Part shown: piece after piece, positions 39,711 through 48,891 of the stretch
How positions within the stretch are numbered: position 1 is the first letter of the stretch
How the letters are laid out: every line of letters starts with the position of its first letter
Source of the DNA: an uncultured Clostridia bacterium
GTDB lineage: Bacteria; Bacillota; Clostridia; Christensenellales; CAG-917
DNA length: 64,000 bases
NCBI GenBank assembly: GCA_937885645.1
Contig: CALABJ010000017.1
Span: 107,641-171,640 of the forward strand
Direction: 5' to 3'
Notes under the pieces: generated by a model
Seen by the model: the letters and a program-made list of their open reading frames with translations, nothing else
The model's database searches: none
What the model was told of the DNA's origin: nothing
Translations under genes and position numbers: made by a program

Positions 39711-40331
39711 TTAAAGTAGGGTGTCGATGGGCTCTGCAAAGCCGTCGAGGAAATTGTCCACGAAGTATTTGAGTTCGGGATATTCCTCTTTCAGTTTGTC
39801 GATTGAATTGCCAAGGGTGATAAATGCCTTGTCAAAATCGTGGTTGCCCACGTGCTTTTCTTCAAGGCTCTTGACGTAGGCAGACAACTTGTCCGCCACT
39901 TTCATAAGTTTGTATTCCTCGGTGGAAACGTCGGGTTGGAGATAGTCCGCATAACTCAACCTCAACTCCTCGGGAAGGGAGTTGATGATCTTCACGTTGA
40001 TGACGTCTTCGATTTCTGCATAGGCGGATTTCATTGCGTCATTGTAGTATTTGACAGGTGTGGGCATATCCCCTGAAAGCACCTCTGCCGTGTCGTGATA
40101 AAGGGCAAGTGATGCCACTTTGTCCACATCAACGTTGCCCCCAAACATTTCGTTGCGGATGATGGCAAGGGCTTGACCAAAGATGGCAACGCAAGCGGAG
40201 TGTTGCATAAGGTCTTCACGGATGTTGGTGCGCATAAGACTCCAACGAGTGATATACTTCATCCTGTTCATAAGGGCAAAAAAGGTGTGGGAGTTGTTTG
40301 TTTCCATAGTGTCCTTCACCGCCGCCGACAC
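39711..40331 (-). CDS. HD-domain phosphohydrolase (YfbR-like 5'-deoxynucleotidase family)
   Basis: H...HD...D pattern (QHSACVA, LYHDTAEVLSGDMPTPVKY). 206 aa. Confidence 0.8.
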   Translation of the reverse strand: MSAAVKDTMETNNSHTFFALMNRMKYITRWSLMRTNIREDLMQHSACVAIFGQALAIIRNEMFGGNVDVDKVASLALYHDTAEVLSGDMPTPVKYYNDAMKSAYAEIEDVINVKIINSLPEELRLSYADYLQPDVSTEEYKLMKVADKLSAYVKSLEEKHVGNHDFDKAFITLGNSIDKLKEEYPELKYFVDNFLDGFAEPIDTLL

Positions 40332-40416
40332 AGTCGGCGGGGCTTTTTCGATTTATTGTTTTTGCTTAGGATTTTGCGTTTATGGGTTGTGCATATTGCA
40401 ACTGCACTGCCCTATA

Positions 40417-41808
40417 TTAGATGATGAATCTGTCTTGCTTTTTGGGTGCAGATTCAAGTTCTGCCTTCTTCTCTTCGTATCCCTTGCGGTTGAAGAGTGC
40501 GTAGGTTGCGTTCTTGCCTTCTTCAACACCGGGTTGATTGAACGTGTCAATGTTGAGCATTGCGCCTGCATATGCGGTTTCAAGTTGGAAGAACCAAAGA
40601 AGTTGTCCAACGGTGTTTGCATTGACTTCAGGCAGGATGATTGTGTTGTTCATATGCTTGCTCTTGGTGAGGGCATATTCAGTTGCGCGTCTTTCGGTGT
40701 TGATGAGTTCGCCCATGGTGTGTCCGCAAAGGAAATTGACGTCGGGGAACTCCTCTGCTCCGTCTGCTATGACAACATCGCCACGGAATTTGTCCACTGC
40801 GATCATTGTGATGACCTTGTCAAAAGGACCTTCTGTGTAAAGTTGGACTTGGCTGTGTTGGTCGGTGACACCGAGGGATTTGACAGGGGTTTGACCTACG
40901 TTGACCACGTTGCCATTGAGATCCACTGCCTTGCCAAGGCTTTCGCCCCAAAGTTGGCAATACCAGTCTGCTATGTAGCGGAGGCTGTCTGCATAAGGCA
41001 TCATAACTGAAATGTTTTTGCCTTTGCTCATTGCCACAACTTGAAGGAGTGCTGCCATAAGTGCAGGGTTTTCATAGGGGTTTGCGCTGACACAAGCCTT
41101 GTCCATTTCTCTTGCGCCTTTGAGGAGACCTTTAATATCGATTCCGAGGACTGCTGCAGGAAGAAGACCAACGGGGCAAAGTTCACTGAAACGTCCGCCT
41201 ACTCCGTCGGGGATGAAGAAGAGTTTGAATCCTTCCTTCTTTGCAAGTTTGATAAGGTTGCCCTTTGCGCTTGAAGTGGTTGCAATGATATTCTTTTGCC
41301 AGCCTTCACCGATTGCTTTCTTCAAAATGTCGCTGATGATGAGGTATTGGCTCATTGTTTCAGAAGTTGCACCGCTCTTGGTGATGACGTTGAACATTGT
41401 GCGTTTGACGTCTATGACGTCAAGAAGTGCCAACATTCTTTCAGGGTCCACGTTGTCTTCAACGAAGAACTTCACACCGCGCTTCTCTTTGGGAAGGTCG
41501 TTGTAGCGGAAATGGCAGAGTGCATTGAACACTGCTGTGGGGCCCAGTGCGCTTCCGCCGATGCCGAGGACGACAAAGTTGTCATAGTTGGCTCTGACGT
41601 CTGCTGCGGTTGCAATAATATCGTTTACGATTTCGTCTTGGTTGTAAGGAAGTTCCGCCCAGCCGGTCATGCCGGTGCCACGGTTGTCTTCAAAATAATC
41701 AAACGCTGCTTCTGCAACGCCCTTGACTGCTTCGATGTCTTGAGTTGAGATGCCTTGTTCGCCGATGAAATCAGTCATCATGTTGTTGAAATCAAATTTA
41801 ATGAGCAT
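40417..41808 (-). CDS. pgi: Glucose-6-phosphate isomerase
   Basis: 463 aa, VVLGIGGSALGP...ITKSGATSET...GGRFS...DQHSQVQLY. Confidence 0.95.
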   Translation of the reverse strand: MLIKFDFNNMMTDFIGEQGISTQDIEAVKGVAEAAFDYFEDNRGTGMTGWAELPYNQDEIVNDIIATAADVRANYDNFVVLGIGGSALGPTAVFNALCHFRYNDLPKEKRGVKFFVEDNVDPERMLALLDVIDVKRTMFNVITKSGATSETMSQYLIISDILKKAIGEGWQKNIIATTSSAKGNLIKLAKKEGFKLFFIPDGVGGRFSELCPVGLLPAAVLGIDIKGLLKGAREMDKACVSANPYENPALMAALLQVVAMSKGKNISVMMPYADSLRYIADWYCQLWGESLGKAVDLNGNVVNVGQTPVKSLGVTDQHSQVQLYTEGPFDKVITMIAVDKFRGDVVIADGAEEFPDVNFLCGHTMGELINTERRATEYALTKSKHMNNTIILPEVNANTVGQLLWFFQLETAYAGAMLNIDTFNQPGVEEGKNATYALFNRKGYEEKKAELESAPKKQDRFII

Positions 41809-42592
41809 AAATGCCTCCGATAATGTTGTTCAAATATTGTACACTGTCTCCAACTTGGTCGTAGGAGTCATAGTCTTTTGCGTATTGTTCGATGATGATA
41901 GGGCCTTGATAGCCGTCTTCTTTGAGCCTTGCAATCAGCTTGTCAAAGGGGAAAACGCCCTTGCCTATCATACATATATTTCCGTCTTTGTCGTGGTCGC
42001 AGAGGTGAACGTTTTTGAGGCGGTCACCGATGACGTCAAGATATTCATTCCAGTCATATCCGCTTTGCCACGCTTGTTTTACGTCAAGGGTGACACCGAT
42101 ATTTGGCGCATATTCCTTGACCACTTTGAAAAAGTCCGGTGTGCTGAAGGCGCACCAGTGCACTGTTTCAAGGCACAACGTTATGCCGTATTCAAGGGCG
42201 ATGTCACCAAGTTCCTTCATACGTTTGCCGAAAAAGACGGGGTCAATGACTTGGGTCTTTTTCATACGGGTTGAGCCGTGGAAGGTGTAGCACTTTGCCC
42301 CTATGATTTGTCCTACACGAAGAACCTTGCGGAAGAACTTTTCCGCATCCTTTCTCGTGCGCTCTGCCTTGTTGAAAAGTTGAGGCTCAAAGGCAGTGGA
42401 AAGTGAGTGAATTGAGTAGATTTCCGTGTCACCTTTGACCTCGTTCAAAAGGTGGCCGAAATCCTCCTCAAACTCACTGTATGTAGTGAGAAAAACCTCT
42501 GCGATTTTTCCCCCATTGCGGCAAATGACCGAGAAAGAATTCTCGGTCACCAGCTTAGTAAAATATGTTGCAGTAGAAATTCCTACGAGCAT
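41798..42592 (-). CDS. Sugar phosphate isomerase/epimerase (xylose-isomerase-like TIM barrel)
   Basis: 264 aa with an AP-endonuclease-2/TIM-barrel pattern (HGS..., LCLETVH, HLCD, IIEQY). Confidence 0.75.
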   Translation of the reverse strand: MLVGISTATYFTKLVTENSFSVICRNGGKIAEVFLTTYSEFEEDFGHLLNEVKGDTEIYSIHSLSTAFEPQLFNKAERTRKDAEKFFRKVLRVGQIIGAKCYTFHGSTRMKKTQVIDPVFFGKRMKELGDIALEYGITLCLETVHWCAFSTPDFFKVVKEYAPNIGVTLDVKQAWQSGYDWNEYLDVIGDRLKNVHLCDHDKDGNICMIGKGVFPFDKLIARLKEDGYQGPIIIEQYAKDYDSYDQVGDSVQYLNNIIGGIYAH

Positions 42593-42966
42593 TATTCTCT
42601 GGTATCCTCGATAATAGGTTCAGGTTTTTTTGCTTTTCTCTTGCCAACTGCAATGCCTCTTCTGCCCCAGATTGACTTTTGCTTGCGAACTTGTCCAAGC
42701 ACCTTGGGGATCACAAGGTCAAGGTTGGTGTAAGGAGAGTCTGATGCGGCTGATGCACGATAGACAAGACCACGGGTTGAAACAACAAGGTCTGTTTCAT
42801 AGGTGTCGCCTTCAAGGGTGACTGTGATGTTGACCTTTGCGTTTTCGTCGTCCTTGAAATAGTTGTCCAGTTTGCTGCACTTCTTCAGGGTGACATTGGT
42901 GAGGCCGTCGCTTACCGTGTAGTTTTTGCCGAAGATTTCAATGTTGAGTACGCTTTCGTTCTTCAT
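42592..42966 (-). CDS. hpf: Ribosome hibernation factor, short HPF/RaiA form with a basic tail
   Basis: S30AE-like N-domain (IEIFGKNYTVSDGL...KLDNYF...VNITV...ASAASDSPYTNLDLVIPKVLGQVRKQK). 124 aa with no long-form C-terminal domain. Confidence 0.8.
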   Translation of the reverse strand: MKNESVLNIEIFGKNYTVSDGLTNVTLKKCSKLDNYFKDDENAKVNITVTLEGDTYETDLVVSTRGLVYRASAASDSPYTNLDLVIPKVLGQVRKQKSIWGRRGIAVGKRKAKKPEPIIEDTRE

Positions 42967-42995
42967 AGTAGTACCTCCTGAGATTTTCTAAGGTC

Positions 42996-43024
42996 ATTAT
43001 AACAAAAATCTTTTGTTATTACAA
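42996..43024 (-). promoter_or_regulatory. Sigma-A promoter of hpf (and the downstream TIM-barrel and pgi genes)
   Basis: TTGTAA, 17 nt, TATAAT. Confidence 0.65.
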
Positions 43025-43065
43025 TACCGAATTTTCAAAAAGGAGGTTGAACGCCTACTATTCAG

Positions 43066-45600
43066 TTATTTTCCAACGTTGTAGGTGAGAGAGAAACCTT
43101 CAAATCCTACGGTCACTTTGTCCCCGTCCATGAGAGAGCCTGTCAGCACCATCTCGCTGAGTTTGTCCTCAACAAGACGTTGGATTGCTCGGCGCAAAGG
43201 TCTTGCACCATATTCGTCGTTGAAGCCTTGTGACACGATGTATTGCTTTGCTTGATCGGTGAGAACGAGGGTGATGTCCTTTTCGTCAAGACGCTTTTCA
43301 AGGTTTTTGAACATAAGTTCTGCAATGGCTTCAATGTTTTCTTTGTTCAGTTTGCGGAAGATGATGATTTCATCAATGCGGTTGATGAGTTCGGGCTTCA
43401 TTGCCTCTTTAAGCGCGTTCATTTGACGCTCTTTCATCATTTCGTAGTCGTCCTTTTCACGATTGTCACCGCTGTTGAATCCAAGGGGCGCTTTCATCTT
43501 TGAGATTTCGCTGGCACCGATGTTTGAAGTCATAATGATGACAGTGTTTTTGAAAGACACCACTCTGCCGTGACTGTCCGTGAGGCGTCCGTCTTCAAGG
43601 ATTTGAAGAAGTATATTGAACACTTCGGGGTGGGCTTTTTCGATTTCATCGAAAAGGATGACTGAATAAGGCTTTCTGCGGACTTTCTCGGTCAGTTGAC
43701 CGCCCTCTTCAAAGCCTACGTAGCCGGGGGCTGAGCCGATGAGTTTGGACACGTTGTGTTTTTCCATATACTCACTCATATCCACTCTTATCATCAGGTT
43801 TTCGTCGCCAAACATTGCCTCTGCAAGGGCCTTTGAAAGTTCGGTTTTGCCAACGCCTGTAGGGCCGAGGAAGATAAACGAGCCGATGGGGCGTTTGGGG
43901 TCTTTGAGACCTGCGCGGGCACGTTTGATTGCCTTACTGACTGCCACAACTGCTTCGTTTTGTCCAATAACTCTCTTTTGAAGGATATCTTCAAGGCGGG
44001 AGAGTTTTTCACTTTCGCCTTCGGTGATTCTCTTGACGGGAATGCCTGTCCACCCTGAAACGATTTCTGCAATTTCGTCTTCTCCGATTGACAACTTGAC
44101 GTCCTTGCACTTTTCTCTCCACTCCACTTCCATCTTTTCCTTTTCTTCAAGAAGGGAGTCGCGCTCTGCTTTCAGCTTGTCCGCCTTTTGATATTGCTCA
44201 CGGCGAGATGCCTCACTCTTGTCCAACTCAACTTGCTTGATTTTGTCTTCAAGGGCGCGGATTTCTGGCGGAGTTGTGTAGTGGATAATCTTCTTGCGAG
44301 AGGCGGCTTCGTCAATGAGGTCGATGGCCTTGTCGGGCAAGAATCTGTCTGTGATATATCTGTCTGAAAGGATTGCTGCCGATGAGATTGCTTCGTCTGT
44401 GATTTCCACTTTGTGGTGGTTTTGATATTTTTCTCTAAGACCTTGCAAAATCTCAATGGTGTCGCTGACGGTGGGTTGCTCAACCAGTATGGGTTGGAAT
44501 CTGCGCTCTAATGCGGCATCCTTTTCAAAGTATTTGCGATATTCGTCAATGGTGGTTGCGCCTATGGTTTGGAGTTCTCCTCTTGCAAGCATAGGTTTCA
44601 TAATGTTGGCAACGTCAAGTCCGCCCTCTGCACTGCCTGCTTTGAGGATTGTGTGGATTTCGTCAATGAAAAGGATGATATTGCCCTTTTCTTGCACTGC
44701 GCTCAAGGCGTTTTTCAGTCTTTCTTCAAAGTCACCGCGGTATCTTGTGCCTGCAACCATACTTGTCACGTCCAGTGAAAAGATGATTTTGTCACGGAGT
44801 ATGTCGGGCACTTTGCCTTCAACGATTGCTTGTGCAAGGCCATCTACTATGGCAGACTTGCCCACACCGGGCTCGCCCATAAGGATAGGATTGTTTTTTG
44901 TGCGACGGCAAAGGATTTGAATTATGCGTTCAATTTCTGCACCTCTGCCAATGACAGGGTCCAACTTGCCTTCCTTTGCTTTTTCGTTGAGGTTTGTGCC
45001 AAAAGCGTCAAGGGCATCGTCAATGCCACCTTGCTTTTTGTCCTCTTTCATATCGTATTTTGCCTTGTCTTGGCGTGCCATATCGGGACGCTCTACTGCC
45101 TCTGAAAAGGTTTCAGGTTTTACAACACCGCCAAAGGCGAAATTGAGAAAATCCGTCAACACTTCGTCAAGAGATGCGTTTCTCTTTTTGTCATTGCCGA
45201 TGATTGACTCATACAGCTGTCTTTGAAGGGTGGTGACGTCCACTCCTCTTGATTGAATAAGACCAACTGCCACTGAGGATTTGTCGTCAATGAGGGCGTA
45301 AAGAAGGTGCTCCGTGCCTACGTATTTTGAGCCAAGTTGCTCTGCAACATATTTTGCGCCGTTGACGGCACGAGTTGCACGGGAAGACATCTCCACTTGT
45401 GAGCGGATATTTTTCCTGACAAAATGTTGGATAAGATATTCGGGATTGAGACCGTATGCTCTCAAAAACTTGTTGGCTTTGCCTGTATCTACGGCGGATA
45501 CGCCGTAAAGCAAGTGCTCGGTGCATATCACACCGCCTGTCCTTGCGGCAAGTTGACCTGCCATTTCAAGAGCGTTTTTCAAATCTACGGAAAACTCCAT
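43066..45600 (-). CDS. clpC: ATP-dependent Clp protease ATP-binding subunit ClpC
   Basis: Clp N-repeats, two AAA+ modules (GEPGVGKSA and GPTGVGKTE) and a UVR-like linker. The ATG at 45600 overlaps the mcsB stop (TGATG), so the track start at 45669 is too long. Confidence 0.95.
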   Translation of the reverse strand: MEFSVDLKNALEMAGQLAARTGGVICTEHLLYGVSAVDTGKANKFLRAYGLNPEYLIQHFVRKNIRSQVEMSSRATRAVNGAKYVAEQLGSKYVGTEHLLYALIDDKSSVAVGLIQSRGVDVTTLQRQLYESIIGNDKKRNASLDEVLTDFLNFAFGGVVKPETFSEAVERPDMARQDKAKYDMKEDKKQGGIDDALDAFGTNLNEKAKEGKLDPVIGRGAEIERIIQILCRRTKNNPILMGEPGVGKSAIVDGLAQAIVEGKVPDILRDKIIFSLDVTSMVAGTRYRGDFEERLKNALSAVQEKGNIILFIDEIHTILKAGSAEGGLDVANIMKPMLARGELQTIGATTIDEYRKYFEKDAALERRFQPILVEQPTVSDTIEILQGLREKYQNHHKVEITDEAISSAAILSDRYITDRFLPDKAIDLIDEAASRKKIIHYTTPPEIRALEDKIKQVELDKSEASRREQYQKADKLKAERDSLLEEKEKMEVEWREKCKDVKLSIGEDEIAEIVSGWTGIPVKRITEGESEKLSRLEDILQKRVIGQNEAVVAVSKAIKRARAGLKDPKRPIGSFIFLGPTGVGKTELSKALAEAMFGDENLMIRVDMSEYMEKHNVSKLIGSAPGYVGFEEGGQLTEKVRRKPYSVILFDEIEKAHPEVFNILLQILEDGRLTDSHGRVVSFKNTVIIMTSNIGASEISKMKAPLGFNSGDNREKDDYEMMKERQMNALKEAMKPELINRIDEIIIFRKLNKENIEAIAELMFKNLEKRLDEKDITLVLTDQAKQYIVSQGFNDEYGARPLRRAIQRLVEDKLSEMVLTGSLMDGDKVTVGFEGFSLTYNVGK

Positions 45601-46643
45601 CAAATTACCTCCGAGAGAATTTCGCGCACCAGTTTGGCACGGGTTATGTCCCTGACCGAGGGGGCGCATTCTCCAATTTTAAGTGTTAATGACGACGCTG
45701 AAAACAGAACTGTCAGTCTGTCTAGGGGTGCGGTGTCGTCAAGGGGGACAAGCCCCAAAATCACCCCTAATTTCACATCGGATATAAGCGCCATAAGAGC
45801 GTCCGACGTCAGTGAATATGCTGTGCGCAAAGTGTTGAAACTGCGCTCTATTCTGTCTTTGATTTCTTGTCCACGTTCAAGGACTAGTTTGTCACGGGCA
45901 ACCTTTTCTGCGGTGCACATGGCAAGGGTTGCTTTCTCTATCACTTCAATTATGTCCATCTCGGTCATTCCAAGACTGCGTGTGTTTGAAAGTTGATAGA
46001 CGTCACCAAGGGCGGAACTGCCCTCTCCGTATATGCCACGTATGGTGAGGCCGTATCTTTCGCGGAAAACCTTGACCGTGTCCTCTATGGCATTTGCGTG
46101 GCGGAGTGCGGGCAAAAACAACATTGTGGATGCTCGCATACCTGTGCCTAGGTTTGTGGGACAAGCGGTGAGGAAACCAAGTTGACTGTCGTATGCGACG
46201 GGCAGAGTGTTCACGATGATGTCATCGTATCGGCTGAGCCTGTCGTATGCGCCACGCAGATTGAATCCCCTTTCCACACACTGCTCACGGATGTGGTCTT
46301 CCTCATTTATGAGGAATGCAAGACCCTCGCTTCTCTCCACAATCCCCGCCGCCTCTTCACGATTGTGCACAAGAGTGGGAGATATGATATGCCTTTCAAC
46401 AAGGGCTTTTATCCTCACATCATCAAGGTCACGAAGGCGGAAATAGTCATAGTCAAAAGTGCCTCTAAGAAGCCTCTCTATGCCGTCAGGGAGTCGCATA
46501 CGCTTCAAGTGGTCTATGCCCTTTCGGTTGCCTGTGAAGGCTATGCCTTCAATGTTTCTTGCAAGGCGGATACGTGATGATATGACGTTGAAACGTGTCA
46601 GCTCATCCACGGTGCACCTCCTTCCCTCTGTGGACAAGGTCAT
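45600..46643 (-). CDS. mcsB: Protein arginine kinase McsB
   Basis: Guanido-kinase motifs SSRIRLARNIEG, FLINEEDHIREQ and CPTNLGTGMRAS. The start could instead be the GTG at 46610. Confidence 0.92.
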   Translation of the reverse strand: MTLSTEGRRCTVDELTRFNVISSRIRLARNIEGIAFTGNRKGIDHLKRMRLPDGIERLLRGTFDYDYFRLRDLDDVRIKALVERHIISPTLVHNREEAAGIVERSEGLAFLINEEDHIREQCVERGFNLRGAYDRLSRYDDIIVNTLPVAYDSQLGFLTACPTNLGTGMRASTMLFLPALRHANAIEDTVKVFRERYGLTIRGIYGEGSSALGDVYQLSNTRSLGMTEMDIIEVIEKATLAMCTAEKVARDKLVLERGQEIKDRIERSFNTLRTAYSLTSDALMALISDVKLGVILGLVPLDDTAPLDRLTVLFSASSLTLKIGECAPSVRDITRAKLVREILSEVI

Positions 46644-46926
46644 CTTGCACTTTGTCCGCCAAGGTGAGGGCTAGGCCTCGCATATATTTGTAGCAGTCCG
46701 CACAACCAAACTTGAAACTTTCTGCCACGTCCTTTTCCGTCGTGCCACAAGTTGGGCAATATCTGCCCTGCGACTCTTTAAGAGTGACAAGCAAGTCAAG
46801 AGGTGTCAGTCCGTTTTTGAGGGCTGAACTACGGCATCTTTCACAAAGATGTATCTCAATGATTTTGTCACCAGTGCGGACTCTTTCCACGTATCTTGTG
46901 GGCGCACCGCATACGTCACAGGTCAT
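46603..46926 (-). CDS. mcsA: McsA-like zinc-finger activator of McsB (short, no UVR domain)
   Basis: Two CxxC...CxxC pairs (CDVCG...CERC; CPTCG...CADCY) and VHRGK. Only 107 aa. Confidence 0.8.
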   Translation of the reverse strand: MTCDVCGAPTRYVERVRTGDKIIEIHLCERCRSSALKNGLTPLDLLVTLKESQGRYCPTCGTTEKDVAESFKFGCADCYKYMRGLALTLADKVQDDLVHRGKEVHRG

Positions 46927-47786
46927 TATCTTTTTGTCTTCAAATAGTCGGCAAAGGTTTTGCCAAGTTTTTCATCACGAAGGGCAAACTCTACAACCGC
47001 TTCAAGATAGCCTTGTTTGTTGCCTACGTCATATCTTCTGCCGTCAAAGAGGCAAGCCACTGCTCCGCCATCTTTTGCCACGGTGCTTATTGCATCGGTG
47101 AGATAAATCTCACCGTCCTTTGAAAGGGCTGTGTTTTCAAGAGCATCAAACACCTCGGGGGTGAGGATAAATCTGCCAAGTGAAACAAGCTCGCTGGGAA
47201 GGTCACCTGTGGGTTTTTCAACTATGCCAGTGATTTCAGTAACTCTGCCCACTTCACCTTTTGTCATCATAACACCACAGCGTCTTGCCACTTCTTCTGA
47301 AGTGCGTTGGACACCCACAACGGTTTTGCCCGTTGATGAAAATGCATTGATGAGCTGTTTGGTTGCGCACTCCCCTGCACCTGTGTACACGATATCGTCA
47401 CCAAAGAGCACGGCAATAGGCTCACCGCCAGCAAAGTCCTTGGCAAGATAGACTGCGTCACCGCTTCCCTTTTGGCTCATTTGCACCTTGAAAGTGACGT
47501 TGACACCAAAATCGTGGTTGGCAAGTGAGTATAACTCATCTGCTCCTCTATCTAGAAGGCGTGCGTTGAGTTTGTCGTTTGGCTCAAAGAATCTTTGCAC
47601 CGCTTCCTTGCCCTCTGCAATGATGATGAGGACGTCGGTAATGCCGGCTTTTGCCGCCTCTTCAACCACGTACCAAAGGGTGGGTTTGTCCACTATGGGC
47701 AACAACTCCTTTGGCAAAACTTTGGTTGCAGGCAAAAATCTTGTGCCAAAACCTCCGCAAGGTATAACTGCTTTTGAAACTGTCAT
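46926..47786 (-). CDS. galU: UTP--glucose-1-phosphate uridylyltransferase
   Basis: AVIPCGGFGTRFLPATKVLPKELLPIVDKP. Confidence 0.95.
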   Translation of the reverse strand: MTVSKAVIPCGGFGTRFLPATKVLPKELLPIVDKPTLWYVVEEAAKAGITDVLIIIAEGKEAVQRFFEPNDKLNARLLDRGADELYSLANHDFGVNVTFKVQMSQKGSGDAVYLAKDFAGGEPIAVLFGDDIVYTGAGECATKQLINAFSSTGKTVVGVQRTSEEVARRCGVMMTKGEVGRVTEITGIVEKPTGDLPSELVSLGRFILTPEVFDALENTALSKDGEIYLTDAISTVAKDGGAVACLFDGRRYDVGNKQGYLEAVVEFALRDEKLGKTFADYLKTKR

Positions 47787-47799
47787 AATCCCCCTTGTT

Positions 47800-47816
47800 G
47801 ATTAACAAAGTTAATC
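47800..47816. promoter_or_regulatory. Perfect 7+7 palindrome between galE and galU
   Basis: GATTAAC-AAA-GTTAATC occupies most of the 31-nt intergenic gap. Confidence 0.45.
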
Positions 47817-47817
47817 A

Positions 47818-48801
47818 CTATTTGTTGAATCCGTCGGGGTGGGTGCTGTGCCACTTCCAAGCGGATGCTACGATTGAGTCAAGAGTGTCGTATTTGGGCT
47901 TCCAGCCAAGTTCCTTTTGAATCTTCTCGCTGGATGCAACAAGTGATGCAGGGTCACCGGGTCTGCGGTCTACAACTTGCTTTTTCACAGGGCTTCCAAC
48001 AACCTTTTCAACTGTGTCGATGACTTCCTTCACTGAGAAGCCGTTGCCGTTGCCAAGGTTATAATAAGTGCTCTTGCCACCGTTTTTGAGATATTCAAGA
48101 GCCTTGATGTGTGCGTCTGCAAGGTCGGTGATGTGGATATAGTCTCTTATGCAGGTGCCGTCATGGGTGGGATAATCGTCACCGAAGATGTTGATTTGTT
48201 CCCTCTTGCCGTTGGACACTTGCAAGATGAGAGGAATAAGGTGGCTTTCAGGATTGTGGGCTTCACCGATTTCTCCGCTGGCGTGTGCGCCTGCTGCGTT
48301 GAAATAGCGAAGTGCAACATATTTCATACCGTATGCCTTGTCGTAGTCTTGCATGAATTGCTCCATCATCAGTTTGGTTTGACCATAGACTGAGGTGGGG
48401 TTTTGAGGGCTGTTTTCGGTGATGAGCCCATCTCCGCAGTCGCCGTAGGTGGCGGCAGATGATGAGAAGACCAAATATTTGACGTTTTCTGCCAGCATTG
48501 CGTCAAGAAGTGCCAAAGTGCCTGCAACGTTGTTGTGATAGTACTTGGCAGGGTTGACCATGCTTTCACCAACCAGTGAATATGCGGCAAAGTGAATCAC
48601 TGAGTCAACGCCGTATTCACGGAAAGTCTTGCGAAGAAGTTCAACGTCAAAAAGTTCACCTTTGACAAAGGGTGTGTCGCCGATGGACTCGATATGGCCT
48701 GTGGAAAGATTGTCATAGACCACAACGTCCATGCCTCTTTCACGAAGTTCTCTTACTGTGTGTGAGCCGATATAGCCGGCTCCGCCTGTGACAAGAATCA
48801 T
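47818..48801 (-). CDS. galE: UDP-glucose 4-epimerase
   Basis: ILVTGGAGYIGSH, SSSAATYG and YGQTK motifs. Confidence 0.95.
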   Translation of the reverse strand: MILVTGGAGYIGSHTVRELRERGMDVVVYDNLSTGHIESIGDTPFVKGELFDVELLRKTFREYGVDSVIHFAAYSLVGESMVNPAKYYHNNVAGTLALLDAMLAENVKYLVFSSSAATYGDCGDGLITENSPQNPTSVYGQTKLMMEQFMQDYDKAYGMKYVALRYFNAAGAHASGEIGEAHNPESHLIPLILQVSNGKREQINIFGDDYPTHDGTCIRDYIHITDLADAHIKALEYLKNGGKSTYYNLGNGNGFSVKEVIDTVEKVVGSPVKKQVVDRRPGDPASLVASSEKIQKELGWKPKYDTLDSIVASAWKWHSTHPDGFNK

Positions 48802-48832
48802 AAAAAATGCCTCTCTAATATTTTATTGAAAT

Positions 48833-48861
48833 ATTATACTCCAAAACCACTTGTTTTGCAA
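48833..48861 (-). promoter_or_regulatory. Sigma-A promoter of galE (possibly driving galE-galU-mcsA-mcsB-clpC)
   Basis: TTGCAA, 17 nt, TATAAT. Confidence 0.7.
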
Positions 48862-48891
48862 CGGTTTGTGGGTTATAATAAAAATAAGTTT

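Noticed and set aside
40183-41010. 275-aa plus-strand ORF
   Set aside because: It lies entirely antisense to the well-supported pgi gene, and its composition (Cys/Phe/Val-rich) is typical of a shadow ORF. I rejected 34632-35378 (antisense to queA), 58398-59177 (antisense to the flavoprotein gene), 13151-13717, 45424-45996 and 62676-63224 for the same reason.
45601-45669. N-terminal extension of clpC in the ORF track (MRPLGQGHNPCQ...)
   Set aside because: The extension would overlap mcsB, and the conserved ClpC N-terminus starts at [12 protein letters not shown] (ATG at 45600). I trimmed over-long track starts in the same way for queA (35417 to 35312), rpsO, yajC, the M16 peptidase, asp23, dinB, the SIS gene, the lipoprotein, the DUF4375 gene and spoIVA, using Shine-Dalgarno positions, mapped promoters or conserved N-termini.
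48802-48891. Looked for LexA/DinR SOS boxes (GAAC-N4-GTTC type) upstream of dinB; also checked upstream of recA (10657-10800) and ruvA (37995-38019)
   Set aside because: I found none by eye. The only GAAC...GTTC-like string (57226-57236) has 3-nt spacing and sits in the loop of the tRNA operon terminator. Absence by eye is not proof, and a position-weight-matrix scan would be needed.
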